Program-made: the position numbers and the translations under genes | The notes under the pieces: generated by a model | Seen by the model: only the letters and a program-made list of their open reading frames with translations | Told to the model about the DNA's origin: nothing | The model's database searches: none | Shown: in pieces, positions 21,026 through 30,489 of the stretch | How the letters are laid out: each line of letters begins with the position of its first letter | Numbering within the stretch: position 1 is the stretch's first letter | Assembly (NCBI GenBank): GCA_037200905.1 | Contig: JBBCGN010000001.1 | Location: 244,795 to 308,794, forward strand | DNA length: 64,000 bases | Direction of reading: 5' to 3' | From: a bacterium | GTDB lineage: Bacteria > Patescibacteriota > Minisyncoccia > Phycocordibacterales > UBA9973

Positions 21026-22141
21026 TTACGATCCGCCGTCCATATCGAATAGGGCCGTGACAGCAAGAGAGTTCGTCATGGTGATGATGCATGCCCCGGT
21101 ACCCGAACAGCCGCTACCGAACCAGCCGACAAAGTGAGTACCGCTGTTCGGAGTTGCGGTTAGGGTAACCGTTGCGTCCGAATAGAAGTAGGCCGCGCAT
21201 ACCATCCCGCAGTTTATGCCGAATGGAGAGCTCGTGACCTGTCCGCTCGCGCTGCCGGCTTGGTTGACGGTCAAGATATATCTGTCGAAGTCAAAGGTTG
21301 CTGTCACGAAGGTATCATTACTGAGAGTAACTGTACACATGCCGGTCCCTGAACAGCCGCCGCCGGACCAGCCGACAAAGTGAGAACCATCAGATGCAGA
21401 GGCAGTCAAAGTGACGACGGTACCTGAATCGTAAGAATGGGAACAAGTCACACCGCAGTCGATAACAGGATCATCGGTAACCGTACCCAAACCTGTGCCG
21501 GCTTTAGCGACGGTCAAAAGAAAAGCTTCTGCTGGCGGCGGTTCCTCGTCTTCGCAGGCATTGCCGATACCGTCATTGTCATCATCCGCCTGGCCGGCAT
21601 TGAATATTGCAGGACAGTTGTCGCATGAGTCGCCCACGCCGTCGGCATCTTCATCTATCTGATCCTCGTTCGAGGTATTCGGACAGTTGTCTGCGGTATC
21701 GGCTATGCCGTCTCCATCTTCGTCAACGATATTCTGCCTCGATGACGAGCGATGGCTGCCGCGATGCTGCGTTGCCCCCAGCAAATTCACGGTCGCCCCG
21801 ACACCCAGTGTCGATGCGCTGATATCCTTCTGGGACGTCAATTCGAGTATCTTGGCCCGGGTGATGGGACCGGCGATGCCGACAGGGTCGATGGCATACG
21901 CTTTTTGGAATGCGATGACCGCGTCTTTGGTTATCGGGCCGAAGTACCGCGTCGGAGATGGAAAATTAAAAAGTCCCTTATTCAAGAGAAATCCCTGAAG
22001 CAAAGCCACGTCATCGCCGCGAGACCCGCCCATGAGCGTGTGAGTGAGATTGAGAGGACTGGTCTGCGCATGGGCCACGAGAACAGGAGCGCCGACAGCG
22101 ATGGATAGGAATAATACAATCGAAACAATGTATTTTTTCAT
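21026..22141 (-). CDS. Secreted protein with a PG-binding domain, thrombospondin type-3-like Ca-binding repeats and two divergent InlB B-repeat-like domains
   Basis: Signal peptide. GSRGDDVALLQGFL..FGPITKDAVIAFQ. DEDGDGIADTADNCPNTSNEDQIDEDADGVGDSCDNCP. Two copies of ..GSHFVGWSGGGCSGTGMCTV../..GTHFVGWFGSGCSGTGACII.. Confidence 0.7.
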   Translation of the reverse strand: MKKYIVSIVLFLSIAVGAPVLVAHAQTSPLNLTHTLMGGSRGDDVALLQGFLLNKGLFNFPSPTRYFGPITKDAVIAFQKAYAIDPVGIAGPITRAKILELTSQKDISASTLGVGATVNLLGATQHRGSHRSSSRQNIVDEDGDGIADTADNCPNTSNEDQIDEDADGVGDSCDNCPAIFNAGQADDDNDGIGNACEDEEPPPAEAFLLTVAKAGTGLGTVTDDPVIDCGVTCSHSYDSGTVVTLTASASDGSHFVGWSGGGCSGTGMCTVTLSNDTFVTATFDFDRYILTVNQAGSASGQVTSSPFGINCGMVCAAYFYSDATVTLTATPNSGTHFVGWFGSGCSGTGACIITMTNSLAVTALFDMDGGS

Positions 22142-22200
22142 GGGGAAATTATATCATCCGGCAGGATGATATGCCAAGCCCGGCCGCCGGCGCAGGATCC

Positions 22201-22539
22201 TTACGCGCCCGGCTGGACGAACATGTACATGATGATATTGAGAACGGTCAGGACGAGGCTGAAGATCATGGCCGTGAACAGGCCGTTGATCCGGAATCCG
22301 GGCACGATGGCGCTCGCGAGCATGATGAGCAGGCCGTTGATGACCAGCGTGAAGAGGCCGAGGGTCAGCACGTTGACCGGCAGGGTGAGAAGGATGATGA
22401 AAGGCCGGATAAAGACATTGATAAGACCGATGACGACAGCAGCTCCCAGGGCCGAGAACGCCCCTACCGTGGCGCCGGGAACCAAGAACGCCGTCAAGCC
22501 GATGAGGATTGCTGACACTATCCAATGAATGATGAACAT
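22201..22539 (-). CDS. DUF360 / phage-holin-IV family membrane protein
   Basis: 112 aa with four TM segments: ..ILIGLTAFLVPG..GLINVFIRPFIILLTLPVNVLTLGLFTLVINGLLI.. Confidence 0.65.
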   Translation of the reverse strand: MFIIHWIVSAILIGLTAFLVPGATVGAFSALGAAVVIGLINVFIRPFIILLTLPVNVLTLGLFTLVINGLLIMLASAIVPGFRINGLFTAMIFSLVLTVLNIIMYMFVQPGA

Positions 22540-22734
22540 GGTTTTGAATTACTATTTAAAAATTCGCTAATAATAATATAAGTATGGCACATGCCGCATC
22601 AAGAAAAGATAAAGAAGTGGTAAAGAAAAGCATAAGATACTAGCCCCGTAAAGCCTTCGCTCTGCGGAGGCTTTTTGCTTAAAACTTAGGCTGAGAGAAG
22701 AAATCTTGATTGTCCCAAACCGCCATACGCTATA

Positions 22735-24816
22735 TTATTGCCCATTGGCTACCGCCATGCTCATCGTTCCGAAAAAACCCGTTCCCCGAGTGAGGTGTAT
22801 CGGACGCAAGATAACGGAAGCGTTGGCCTCCTGGAACTTGATGAGCGCCGCTTCGGTAGCAGGGCCAAAATAATGGGTCTCGTTAGCAAGAGAACCCGGC
22901 AGGGGCGACGGCGCCACCGCAAAGCCATGGGCATTGAGGTATTGCTGCAGATGGTAGACATCCGTATCGGTCATCCCCCGTCGCAGAGTCTTAGTGAAGA
23001 GGTATGCAGGAGACTCGGGCAAAATGACAGGCACGGATGAAGCCGGCGTCACAGTGCGCGCCCTGCCTCCTCCGCTTCCCCCGCTCGAATGCGAAGAGGA
23101 GCGCCGCGGTTCGGACTCGAGCGCAATGGTGACGGAATCTTCCGCCGTACCTCCCGGACCCGTGCATGAGAGCGTGAAAGTGCTCTCTGAATCAAGGGCG
23201 GCAGTAGTCTCCGTGCCGGCTGACGGCTTAGCGCCGCTCCAATCTTCCGAGGCAGTACAGGTGCCGTCATAGAGGTTGGCGACGGACCACGTGAGTTCGG
23301 CGGTGCCGCCACTTGGGACCGTATCGTGATCCGCGGTAAAAGTAATTACCGGAGCGATGGGGTCGCCGACGGTAATAGAGGCATCTTCTTCCGCCGTTCC
23401 TCCGGGGCCGGTACAGGAAAGCGTGAATGTGCTGTCTCCTGTCAGGTTCTCGACCGTTTCCGTGCCGCTTGAGGCTTTGGAGCCGGACCAGTCGCCGCTC
23501 GCAGTGCAGGAATCAACATATCCTGTAACATTCCATGAGAGTTCAACGGATCCGTCGTACGCTACGGTGTCGGAATCAGCAGAGAATGCAATAGCAGGAG
23601 CCGCAAAGCCGAGGCGGACAACAGCGCCCGTGGTAGTGCCGTTGTATGTAGTAAATGCTCCTCCCGCAAGCACATTGTCGTCGGGATCGATAAGAAGCGC
23701 ATTCAAAGTACTATTAAATCCGCTACCCGCATCGAACATATCATCGCGCGTCCCATCGGCATTGAGGCTGACGATCCTATTAGTGGTAGTGGCGTTAAAC
23801 GACGTGAAGCTGCCGCCGACGAGAATCTTGCCGTTGCCGTCGACCGCGATGGAGGACACGATGTTATTGCCAAACCCTGTTCCAGGATTGAAGCTCCCAT
23901 CGACCGAGCCGTCAGCATTCAAGCGGATGATCCTGTTTGCCGTCGTGCTGCCATACAACGTGAAGCTGCCGCCGACGAGAATCTTGCCATCATCAAGAGT
24001 GATGGCTCGCACGGTTCCGCCAGTTCCGCCGATGCTGAATCCGGTCCCCGTGTCAAAATCTTCATCAATCGAACCGTCCGTGTTCAAACGGGCGAGCCTG
24101 TTGGCGGTCGTACCGTCAAATGACGCGAAATCTCCGCCGACAATCACTTTTCCGTCAGATTGGAGTGCGACGGTCCGGACGGTGGCGGCGGCGAATCCTG
24201 TGCCGATATCGAACGACGTATCGAGCGTTCCATCAGCGTTGAGGCGCATGATGCGAGAAGGAGTATCAGCGCCGTACGCTATGAAGTTCCCTCCGACGAT
24301 ATATTTCCCGTCCGGCTGGAGGGCGAGCGCCGTCAGCGTGCTGATGCCGGTGAATAAACTGGTGAACGTCTCGTCGCGGGAGCCGTCGGCGTTGAGGCGA
24401 ACCAGCATGTTGGTAGTAGCGCCGTCGTACGCGCTAAAAGAGCCGCCGACGAGAACCTTGCCGTCTGGCTGGAGTACGAGCGCGAACACCCCTGGGCTTG
24501 CGCCTCCTGAGATGCCAGTGCCAATATCGAAAGTTTCGTCTCGCGAGCCGTCGGCGTTGAGGCGGATGATCCTATTAGCAGCGATGCCCTTATACGAGGT
24601 GAAGGTGCCGCCGACGAGAACCTTGCCGTCTGGCTGGCGGGCTAAGACACTCACGGTGCCAGAAGGGGCGAATCCCGCGCCGGTATTGAAGCTCGCATCG
24701 AGTGTTCCGTCGGATGCGGAGGCATGCAACGGCAAAAAAGAACTCAGTAAAAAGAGAGAAAGTATACTAAAGAAAAAATACTTCTTCATAATACTATATA
24801 AGTATAGTATATTCAT
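22735..24816 (-). CDS. Large secreted protein with delta-60-type repeats, Ig-like domains and a C-terminal PG-binding domain (probable start 24789)
   Basis: About eight repeats of DG(T/S).D.(S/T)F..G.GF....V..(L/I).(L/V)Q.DGK(V/I)LVGG.F. The C-terminus has ..TDVYHLQQYLNAHGF..FGPATEAALIKFQ. Confidence 0.7.
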   Translation of the reverse strand: MNILYLYSIMKKYFFFSILSLFLLSSFLPLHASASDGTLDASFNTGAGFAPSGTVSVLARQPDGKVLVGGTFTSYKGIAANRIIRLNADGSRDETFDIGTGISGGASPGVFALVLQPDGKVLVGGSFSAYDGATTNMLVRLNADGSRDETFTSLFTGISTLTALALQPDGKYIVGGNFIAYGADTPSRIMRLNADGTLDTSFDIGTGFAAATVRTVALQSDGKVIVGGDFASFDGTTANRLARLNTDGSIDEDFDTGTGFSIGGTGGTVRAITLDDGKILVGGSFTLYGSTTANRIIRLNADGSVDGSFNPGTGFGNNIVSSIAVDGNGKILVGGSFTSFNATTTNRIVSLNADGTRDDMFDAGSGFNSTLNALLIDPDDNVLAGGAFTTYNGTTTGAVVRLGFAAPAIAFSADSDTVAYDGSVELSWNVTGYVDSCTASGDWSGSKASSGTETVENLTGDSTFTLSCTGPGGTAEEDASITVGDPIAPVITFTADHDTVPSGGTAELTWSVANLYDGTCTASEDWSGAKPSAGTETTAALDSESTFTLSCTGPGGTAEDSVTIALESEPRRSSSHSSGGSGGGRARTVTPASSVPVILPESPAYLFTKTLRRGMTDTDVYHLQQYLNAHGFAVAPSPLPGSLANETHYFGPATEAALIKFQEANASVILRPIHLTRGTGFFGTMSMAVANGQ

Positions 24817-25065
24817 GTAAAAAATGAAGAGTATGCTCTCTCGAGAGGCAATTATCTCAGCCGTAGGAGAGATACGAATCTATACAATCTTATAGAAACG
24901 TTTTCTAAACGCGTCTCGGGCGCAATAACCTCGCACGACTTGGCTGCAATGTCTGGTCATGAAACTAATCACGCCAGACGTCATAAGGGTATTCTAACAC
25001 TTTCCCGTCTTCCAAACTAACGGCTTTGGGTCTATATATAATATAAGCCCTTTACAGCATAACGA

Positions 25066-25083
25066 TATAATCAAATATTTGAT
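25066..25083 (+). promoter_or_regulatory. -10 box overlapping a perfect 14-bp palindrome (candidate operator)
   Basis: TATAAT at 25066-25071. ATCAAATATTTGAT at 25070-25083 is its own reverse complement and ends 12 nt upstream of the ATG at 25096. Confidence 0.45.
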
Positions 25084-25095
25084 ACAATGTGATAC

Positions 25096-25623
25096 ATGAA
25101 ATTAGGAAGCGATGCAAAGGAACGGCTCAAGCAAATCGTCAGAAACGCGGTAGCGCTCGACCCTATGATTTCCCTTCGAGACCTGCAGGCAGTACTTCTC
25201 CAGAAAGGCATCAAGATCGGCAACCTCAATTCGCTGGCTAGGATCAGGAAAGAACTGACCGAAGATGCGATAGAGGAAATGGACCGGCCACAAGTGCTCA
25301 AGCGGTATGCGGATATGGAGGAACGGATGCGGGTGCTCCGAACGGAGCTATTCAAGATCATCTACCCTGACGGCAAGAGCGGTATGTATCCGAGCTACAG
25401 CGAACAGATCTCTGCGATGAAGATATTGATGGAAAGCGACATCAAGCTCTTCCGAGCCGGACTTGATATGGGTATCTACCGCAAGGACGTGGCTAAAGGA
25501 AAGAAGTATACGAAAGAGGAAGAGTTGGCTATGCGAAATAGGCCATTGAATCCTGAGCACAGAGAAAGTATGTTAAAGGCGTTCAAGAACTTTGGATTGA
25601 TTCCGAAGGATGCGGAGATATAA
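25096..25623 (+). CDS. Hypothetical protein, possible HTH partner/antitoxin of the downstream AbiEii-type gene
   Basis: 175-aa intact ORF. Its stop is 4 nt before the next start. The N-terminal ..ISLRDLQAVLLQKGIKIGNLNSLARIRKEL.. looks HTH-like. I see no resemblance to the AbiEi families. Confidence 0.35.
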   Translation: MKLGSDAKERLKQIVRNAVALDPMISLRDLQAVLLQKGIKIGNLNSLARIRKELTEDAIEEMDRPQVLKRYADMEERMRVLRTELFKIIYPDGKSGMYPSYSEQISAMKILMESDIKLFRAGLDMGIYRKDVAKGKKYTKEEELAMRNRPLNPEHRESMLKAFKNFGLIPKDAEI

Positions 25624-25627
25624 ATAT

Positions 25628-27049
25628 ATGATTTTAAAAGACGAGATTGATCAAAAATCAAAAGAGCAACAAATAACAACCGCTAACGTGCAGCGGGATT
25701 ATCTTTTTGGTTGGCTGTTAAATTATATTTTCACTCAGAGCGAATTGAAGGACTCACTTTTCCTTAAGGGCGGAAACGCACTGAGAAAAGCCTATTTTAT
25801 AAAAACTCGTTTTTCAACCGATCTGGATTTCGGTACTCCAAACGATATTGACCAAGAATTTTTGAAACAAGAGATTGAAAAAGCGTGTCAGTTCGTAAGC
25901 GAGAAAGCTGGTATCGCTTTTGTCCTTGAAAGGAACGACGTAAGGGAAAAGTTCAATTGGAACGAACCGCGCTGGAAAGTTTTTGAGGTAAAAATTTATT
26001 TTAAAGATTTCTATGGAAACTCTGATCACATCACCCTCAAAATCTCTCTCGATGTAACCAGATTTGATAAAACATATCTTGATATACAGGAACGCACGCT
26101 TCTGCATCCCTACTCAGATGTAGCCGAGGTGGCATGCCAAATAAAATGCATGCAACTGGAAGAAGTTTTGGCGACAAAGTTAAAATGCTTGCTACAACGC
26201 GACCATGCGCCAGACCTTTTTGATTTTATATACAGTATCTATTTGAATACAGACATACCGATCAATAAGGCAGACATTCGAAGAGTTTTCCTTCAGCGAA
26301 CAATTTTTGAACGCAGTCCTCTCGTCGCAAAGAATATTCTTCTCAAATTACCATTCGAATACATGAAGGCGGTATGGCTAAAAACGATTATCTGTACACA
26401 AGATATTCTCTTTGAGTTTGATGATGCCTTTGCAAAATTCACTTCTGAAATTGAGGCCTTGTTTGCGGAGGACACAGAGAATCCGTGGCATGACCGCTTT
26501 TTCTTTGAAGCGGACGTACGAAATAAAATTATGAAGGCCGGAAAGGATCAAACTCTTTTGCGTATCGTTTACCAAGGATCGGAAAGACTTGTTGAACCCT
26601 ATTCTTTGAAGTTTCAAGAGAAGAGTGACGGTGCTACAAAAGAGTACCTGTATGTTTGGAATAGAAACGGTGGAAGTAGTCCCAAGCCTGGAATACGAAT
26701 GTTTGTTCCTGAGAATCTGACATCTATAGAAAATACCGAAGAAAAATATGAGCCTCAGTACGAGATAGAATTATGCCGTGCAGGAGAATACCCTGAAGAC
26801 AGATATCTATACGATGTAAAAAAGAAGCGAGAGAAAGAACATAACAAACTGTATAAAGTAAAAGCGCCTCGACAATCTCGACCGACCAGAACGAGAGTGT
26901 CTTCTTTTGGCCCTACTTACGTTTACAAGTGCGGTAACTGCGGAAAACTATCATATCGCAAAACCATGGACGGAACCTTAAAGCCACACAAAAGCAAGAA
27001 TGGTTATTTGTGTTACGGATATGGAATCTACCAGACCACAAAATTTTAG
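25628..27049 (+). CDS. AbiEii/AbiGii-type nucleotidyltransferase (DUF1814) fused to a WYL-like domain and a C-terminal zinc ribbon
   Basis: VQRDYLFGWLLNYIF..LFLKGGNALRKAYF..RFSTDLDF is the DUF1814 signature. LLRIVYQGSERLVEPYSLKF..EYLYVWN..IRMFVPENLTSIE fits the WYL pattern. YKCGNCGK..HKSKNGYLCYGYG is CxxC..H..C. Confidence 0.75.
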   Translation: MILKDEIDQKSKEQQITTANVQRDYLFGWLLNYIFTQSELKDSLFLKGGNALRKAYFIKTRFSTDLDFGTPNDIDQEFLKQEIEKACQFVSEKAGIAFVLERNDVREKFNWNEPRWKVFEVKIYFKDFYGNSDHITLKISLDVTRFDKTYLDIQERTLLHPYSDVAEVACQIKCMQLEEVLATKLKCLLQRDHAPDLFDFIYSIYLNTDIPINKADIRRVFLQRTIFERSPLVAKNILLKLPFEYMKAVWLKTIICTQDILFEFDDAFAKFTSEIEALFAEDTENPWHDRFFFEADVRNKIMKAGKDQTLLRIVYQGSERLVEPYSLKFQEKSDGATKEYLYVWNRNGGSSPKPGIRMFVPENLTSIENTEEKYEPQYEIELCRAGEYPEDRYLYDVKKKREKEHNKLYKVKAPRQSRPTRTRVSSFGPTYVYKCGNCGKLSYRKTMDGTLKPHKSKNGYLCYGYGIYQTTKF

Positions 27050-27057
27050 ACTCCATT

Positions 27058-27130
27058 CGACCGTTTATAGCTTAACTTCCTTCTTTAAAATTGTGTAGTT
27101 GACTTGTTAGCTATATTGCTCCGTAAATCT
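27058..27130. repeat. Left copy of a ~72-bp direct repeat flanking the ABC/TrmB cassette
   Basis: cgaccgtttatagCTTAACTTCCTTCTTTAAAaTTGTGTAGTTGACTTgttagctatattGCTCCGTAaaTCTC, compared with 30477..30548. The 35-bp core has one mismatch. Confidence 0.85.
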
Positions 27131-27803
27131 CTTTACGCAATTGATTAAATTCCTCGGTAAATTTAATTTCTGGATTTCGTGGTCTTGGAAACGGAACGAT
27201 GAATTCTTTTGTAAAACCCGTCGGATGAAGAACCAATACTCGGTCAGCTAAAAATAGTGCTTCCTCAATATTGTGAGTAACAAAAATGACTGTCTTTTTG
27301 TGCGTGGTCCACACATCCAACAACCACTTCTGCATTTTATCTCTGGTATACGCGTCAAGCGCTCCGTATGGTTCGTCCATAAGAAGAACATCTGTGTTGT
27401 GAGCAAGTGAACGCGCAATAGCAACTCGCTGAACTTGTCCCCCAGATAGCTCGTCAGGGTACGCGTCCGCTTTGTCTTCCAGTTCTGCAAGCTTGAGGTG
27501 TTCATTTACCATTGCACAATTGTCTTTTGTATCACCTTTCAATCCGAAAGCTATATTTTCGGAAACTGTCAGCCATGGGAAGGCGGCATAATTTTGGAAA
27601 ACCATTCCAATGTTTCCAGACAAAGAGACCTCTCCTTGATACGGAATGAAATTCGCAAGAGCATGAAGCAAGCTACTTTTACCACTTCCAGATTTACCGA
27701 CAATCGCTACAAATTCTCCTTTGCTCACTTCGAAGGAAACATTCTCAAGTGCAGAGTGGTTCTTGTAACTTACATTTAGATTTTTGACAGTTATCTGGTT
27801 CAT
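27111..27803 (-). CDS. ABC transporter ATP-binding protein (nitrate/sulfonate/taurine NitT-type)
   Basis: GKSGSGKSSLL (Walker A), LSGGQVQRVAIARSL (signature), VLLMDEPYGALD (Walker B). Confidence 0.85.
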   Translation of the reverse strand: MNQITVKNLNVSYKNHSALENVSFEVSKGEFVAIVGKSGSGKSSLLHALANFIPYQGEVSLSGNIGMVFQNYAAFPWLTVSENIAFGLKGDTKDNCAMVNEHLKLAELEDKADAYPDELSGGQVQRVAIARSLAHNTDVLLMDEPYGALDAYTRDKMQKWLLDVWTTHKKTVIFVTHNIEEALFLADRVLVLHPTGFTKEFIVPFPRPRNPEIKFTEEFNQLRKEIYGAI

Positions 27804-28555
27804 TTTTGTGAAAGAGTTAGCCATGGAAAGATTCGGCGAGTAGCCAACACAAAGAGTTGATCGGTAACAGCGCCGAGCGTCCCTAGAACAACTAATGCCG
27901 CTATCATTTCATCAATCCGGTACGAAAGAGATGATATTGAGATTCGATATCCAATACCGCTTGAGGCTCCTGACAGTTCAGACACGAAGACCATTACAAA
28001 CCCGATTGCGATAGCTGTTCGAATACCGGAAATAATGAAAGGAAGACTTGCAGGAAAAATTACTTCCCGAAACATCTTGAAACGAGACAAAGCAAAAAGT
28101 CTTGCGCTCCACAAGAACGTCTGCGGTATTTGTTGGGCGCCGATATATGCACCAATCCATACTGGGAAAAAGACAGCGAATGCTATGGAAAATATCTTTG
28201 CGCCATCATCAATACCAAACCAAACAATAATGAGTGGGATAATGGCTACAGGAGGCAACGGCCTAAGTATCTGAATGATAGGGTTTATTGCCTTTGCTAT
28301 GGACTTTATACGGCCTGTAACTAAACCGGTACAAATACCGATAACTGAACCGAGAGTCAGCCCGACTACAAGTCTCCAAAGACTGTCTCTGAAATCATAA
28401 AAGACAGTACCGGATATAATCATTTCCCAAAGAGCTATGGCAACTTTTGATGGTGGCGGAAATAAAGCAGGATTAACAAAACCACTACGAGATACTAATT
28501 CCCACAGTATACATACTGAAATAATTGGAAGAATAAACCATAGGAATTTTTTCAT
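27800..28555 (-). CDS. ABC transporter permease (NitT/TauT family)
   Basis: 251 aa, six TM segments, BPD_transp_1-like ..FREVIFPASLPFIISGIRTAIAIGF.. Confidence 0.8.
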   Translation of the reverse strand: MKKFLWFILPIISVCILWELVSRSGFVNPALFPPPSKVAIALWEMIISGTVFYDFRDSLWRLVVGLTLGSVIGICTGLVTGRIKSIAKAINPIIQILRPLPPVAIIPLIIVWFGIDDGAKIFSIAFAVFFPVWIGAYIGAQQIPQTFLWSARLFALSRFKMFREVIFPASLPFIISGIRTAIAIGFVMVFVSELSGASSGIGYRISISSLSYRIDEMIAALVVLGTLGAVTDQLFVLATRRIFPWLTLSQK

Positions 28556-28571
28556 GGGTCATGAGATTGCT

Positions 28572-29591
28572 TTAAATACCAACTGCTCCCGAAGAAATCT
28601 TTTTGAGCGGAGCACTGTAGATAACATCCTGGAAATTTGGAATTACAGTATCTTTAGTTACTTTACCGCTATCTTTAGCCCACTGTGCTTCTCGATTCAA
28701 GTATTCGAGCAATTGAGGAGTAAGAGCGATGCGGAAATCAAAACTACCCCAGATTCCATCGACTGTTTCCTTGTCGAGTTTTGTGTATTTCATCACTACA
28801 GCTTTTGCTTCCTCTGGATTGTTCTTGGTAAACTTTTCTGCTTCAACAAGTCCTTTCAATAGTTTTTCAAGTGTTGCAGGATTTTCTTTAACAGACTCTT
28901 TTGCTTCTATGACATAAAGTTCTGAATAAATACTCGCGTCAGTGAAAGTGATGGATTTATCACCAAGCTGCTTTTCAGCTATGTACGCGAATGGATCAAA
29001 TACTGCAATAGCATCTACACTTCCACTTATTAGAGCAGCCGGCATATCCTTTGGCGCCTGACTCACGATTTCAACTTGGTCTTTGGAAATACCGAGCTTG
29101 TTCAAAAATTCATAGGTAAAGAATTCCGGCCCACCACCAATAGACGTAGCTATCTTTCGCTTCTTTGCTTTGAAGTATTGATCAGAAGTCTCGAGTCCTG
29201 CTTCTTTGCGCGCAACAACTCGTACTTCATTCTGAGTCTTGCCAACTACTTGCGCAGGCACAACAAATTTATTTCCCTGAAGGGAGGCAAGAGTTACTGG
29301 AACATCACCAGAAATTGAAAAATCCAAAGATCCTCCGAGAAATGCTTCGAGGGCAAACTTACCAGCAGTAAATTCCTTGAGCTCAACATTAAGTCCCTCT
29401 TTTTCAAAAAAGCCTTTGTCTTTTGCCACCATGACCAAGGCCATAGCAGGAGAGGTTTGAATTCCCACTGTTACATGTTCCAGTTCTTTGGGCTGCTTTA
29501 ATCTGGCATGCCAAGCAAATAACCCACCTATTAAGGCAAGGATGATAATGGTCCACAAAATATTTTTTGATGTTTTTGACATATACACCAC
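28572..29591 (-). CDS. ABC transporter substrate-binding protein (NMT1/SsuA-like; probable start 29582)
   Basis: N-terminal anchor, then ..VTVGIQTSPAMALVMVAKDKGFFEKEGLNVELKEFTAGKFALEAFLGGSLDF.. Confidence 0.75.
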   Translation of the reverse strand: MVYMSKTSKNILWTIIILALIGGLFAWHARLKQPKELEHVTVGIQTSPAMALVMVAKDKGFFEKEGLNVELKEFTAGKFALEAFLGGSLDFSISGDVPVTLASLQGNKFVVPAQVVGKTQNEVRVVARKEAGLETSDQYFKAKKRKIATSIGGGPEFFTYEFLNKLGISKDQVEIVSQAPKDMPAALISGSVDAIAVFDPFAYIAEKQLGDKSITFTDASIYSELYVIEAKESVKENPATLEKLLKGLVEAEKFTKNNPEEAKAVVMKYTKLDKETVDGIWGSFDFRIALTPQLLEYLNREAQWAKDSGKVTKDTVIPNFQDVIYSAPLKKISSGAVGI

Positions 29592-29670
29592 AATCTACAG
29601 TTTTGGTAAAGTATTGTAAACACTGTTGTACATTATTGACAACATAAACCGACTTTGATAGCATGAGGAT

Positions 29671-30489
29671 ATGATTGAAGACATACTCAAAAAGCTTGAT
29701 TTGCGCGACGAGGAAATAAAGGCCTTCCTTTTCCTTCTGGAGAACGGACCTCAAACGGCTGGCAATCTAGCTAAAAAGACCGGCCTATCCCGCCCTTCCC
29801 TATATGGGTTCATGCGCAAACTCCAAAAAATGGAGCTAGTTATTGAATCTCAGAAAAACGGCATCAAGACTTTCACAGCAAGTTCAAAAGAAAAAGTTTC
29901 TAGCCTTTTCGATGAGAAAATACAAGAACTAGAGCAAGGCAAGCTCTCAATCGAAAAAGTCTACAGCGAAATCCTCAAAACCGGAGCGACTATCAGTCCG
30001 AAGTTTCAATTATTTGAAGGCAAAGATGGAATGAAGCTCGTACTCAAAGACATGCTTATGTATCGAGACATTGAGACGAAATCATATTGGCCTATAAAAG
30101 CCATGATTGAAATTCTCTCTGAAGATTTTTTCAAAACATTAAATAAGGAGCGTATCCAGCGAAAACTTACGACTCGAGCAATCTGGCCCCAGAACCAAGT
30201 CGTGGATATAAAAAAATACCCTTATCTTGGGACTGGAGAGAAATTTCTCCGAGAAATCCGTGTAGCACCGAAAGATATTGGTTTCTCTATGGGTTACTGG
30301 ATATACGGAAATAAAGTTGCTTTTATTTCTTCCAAGAAAGAAGCTTTCGGATTTATTATCGAGAGTAAGGAGCTCGTTGAAATGCTCTCTTCTCAGTTTG
30401 AAGTCATGTGGAAACTTTCACGTCCCATAAAAGCAAAAGAGAGTGATTCCGCAGAATTTTTAAAAGAACTAAAAAACGACCGTTCGTAA
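29671..30489 (+). CDS. TrmB family transcriptional regulator
   Basis: LDLRDEEIKAFLFLLENGPQTAGNLAKKTGLSRPSLYGFMRKLQKMELV is a TrmB-type wHTH. Transcribed divergently from the ABC operon. Confidence 0.75.
   Translation: MIEDILKKLDLRDEEIKAFLFLLENGPQTAGNLAKKTGLSRPSLYGFMRKLQKMELVIESQKNGIKTFTASSKEKVSSLFDEKIQELEQGKLSIEKVYSEILKTGATISPKFQLFEGKDGMKLVLKDMLMYRDIETKSYWPIKAMIEILSEDFFKTLNKERIQRKLTTRAIWPQNQVVDIKKYPYLGTGEKFLREIRVAPKDIGFSMGYWIYGNKVAFISSKKEAFGFIIESKELVEMLSSQFEVMWKLSRPIKAKESDSAEFLKELKNDRS

Noticed and set aside
23357-24820. 487-aa plus-strand ORF.
   Set aside because: It lies antisense to the 693-aa delta-60 repeat protein gene. Its translation is low-complexity (P/S/A/V-rich) with no motifs. 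This is a typical shadow ORF in GC-rich DNA.
24830-25095. Searched for a direct-repeat copy of the tRNA-Gln 3' end (attL/attR-type) at the far island boundary.
   Set aside because: No convincing match was found by eye. Only unrelated small palindromes are present (CTCTCGAGAG, gtctgg..ccagac). I therefore make no tyrosine-integrase-style att claim.
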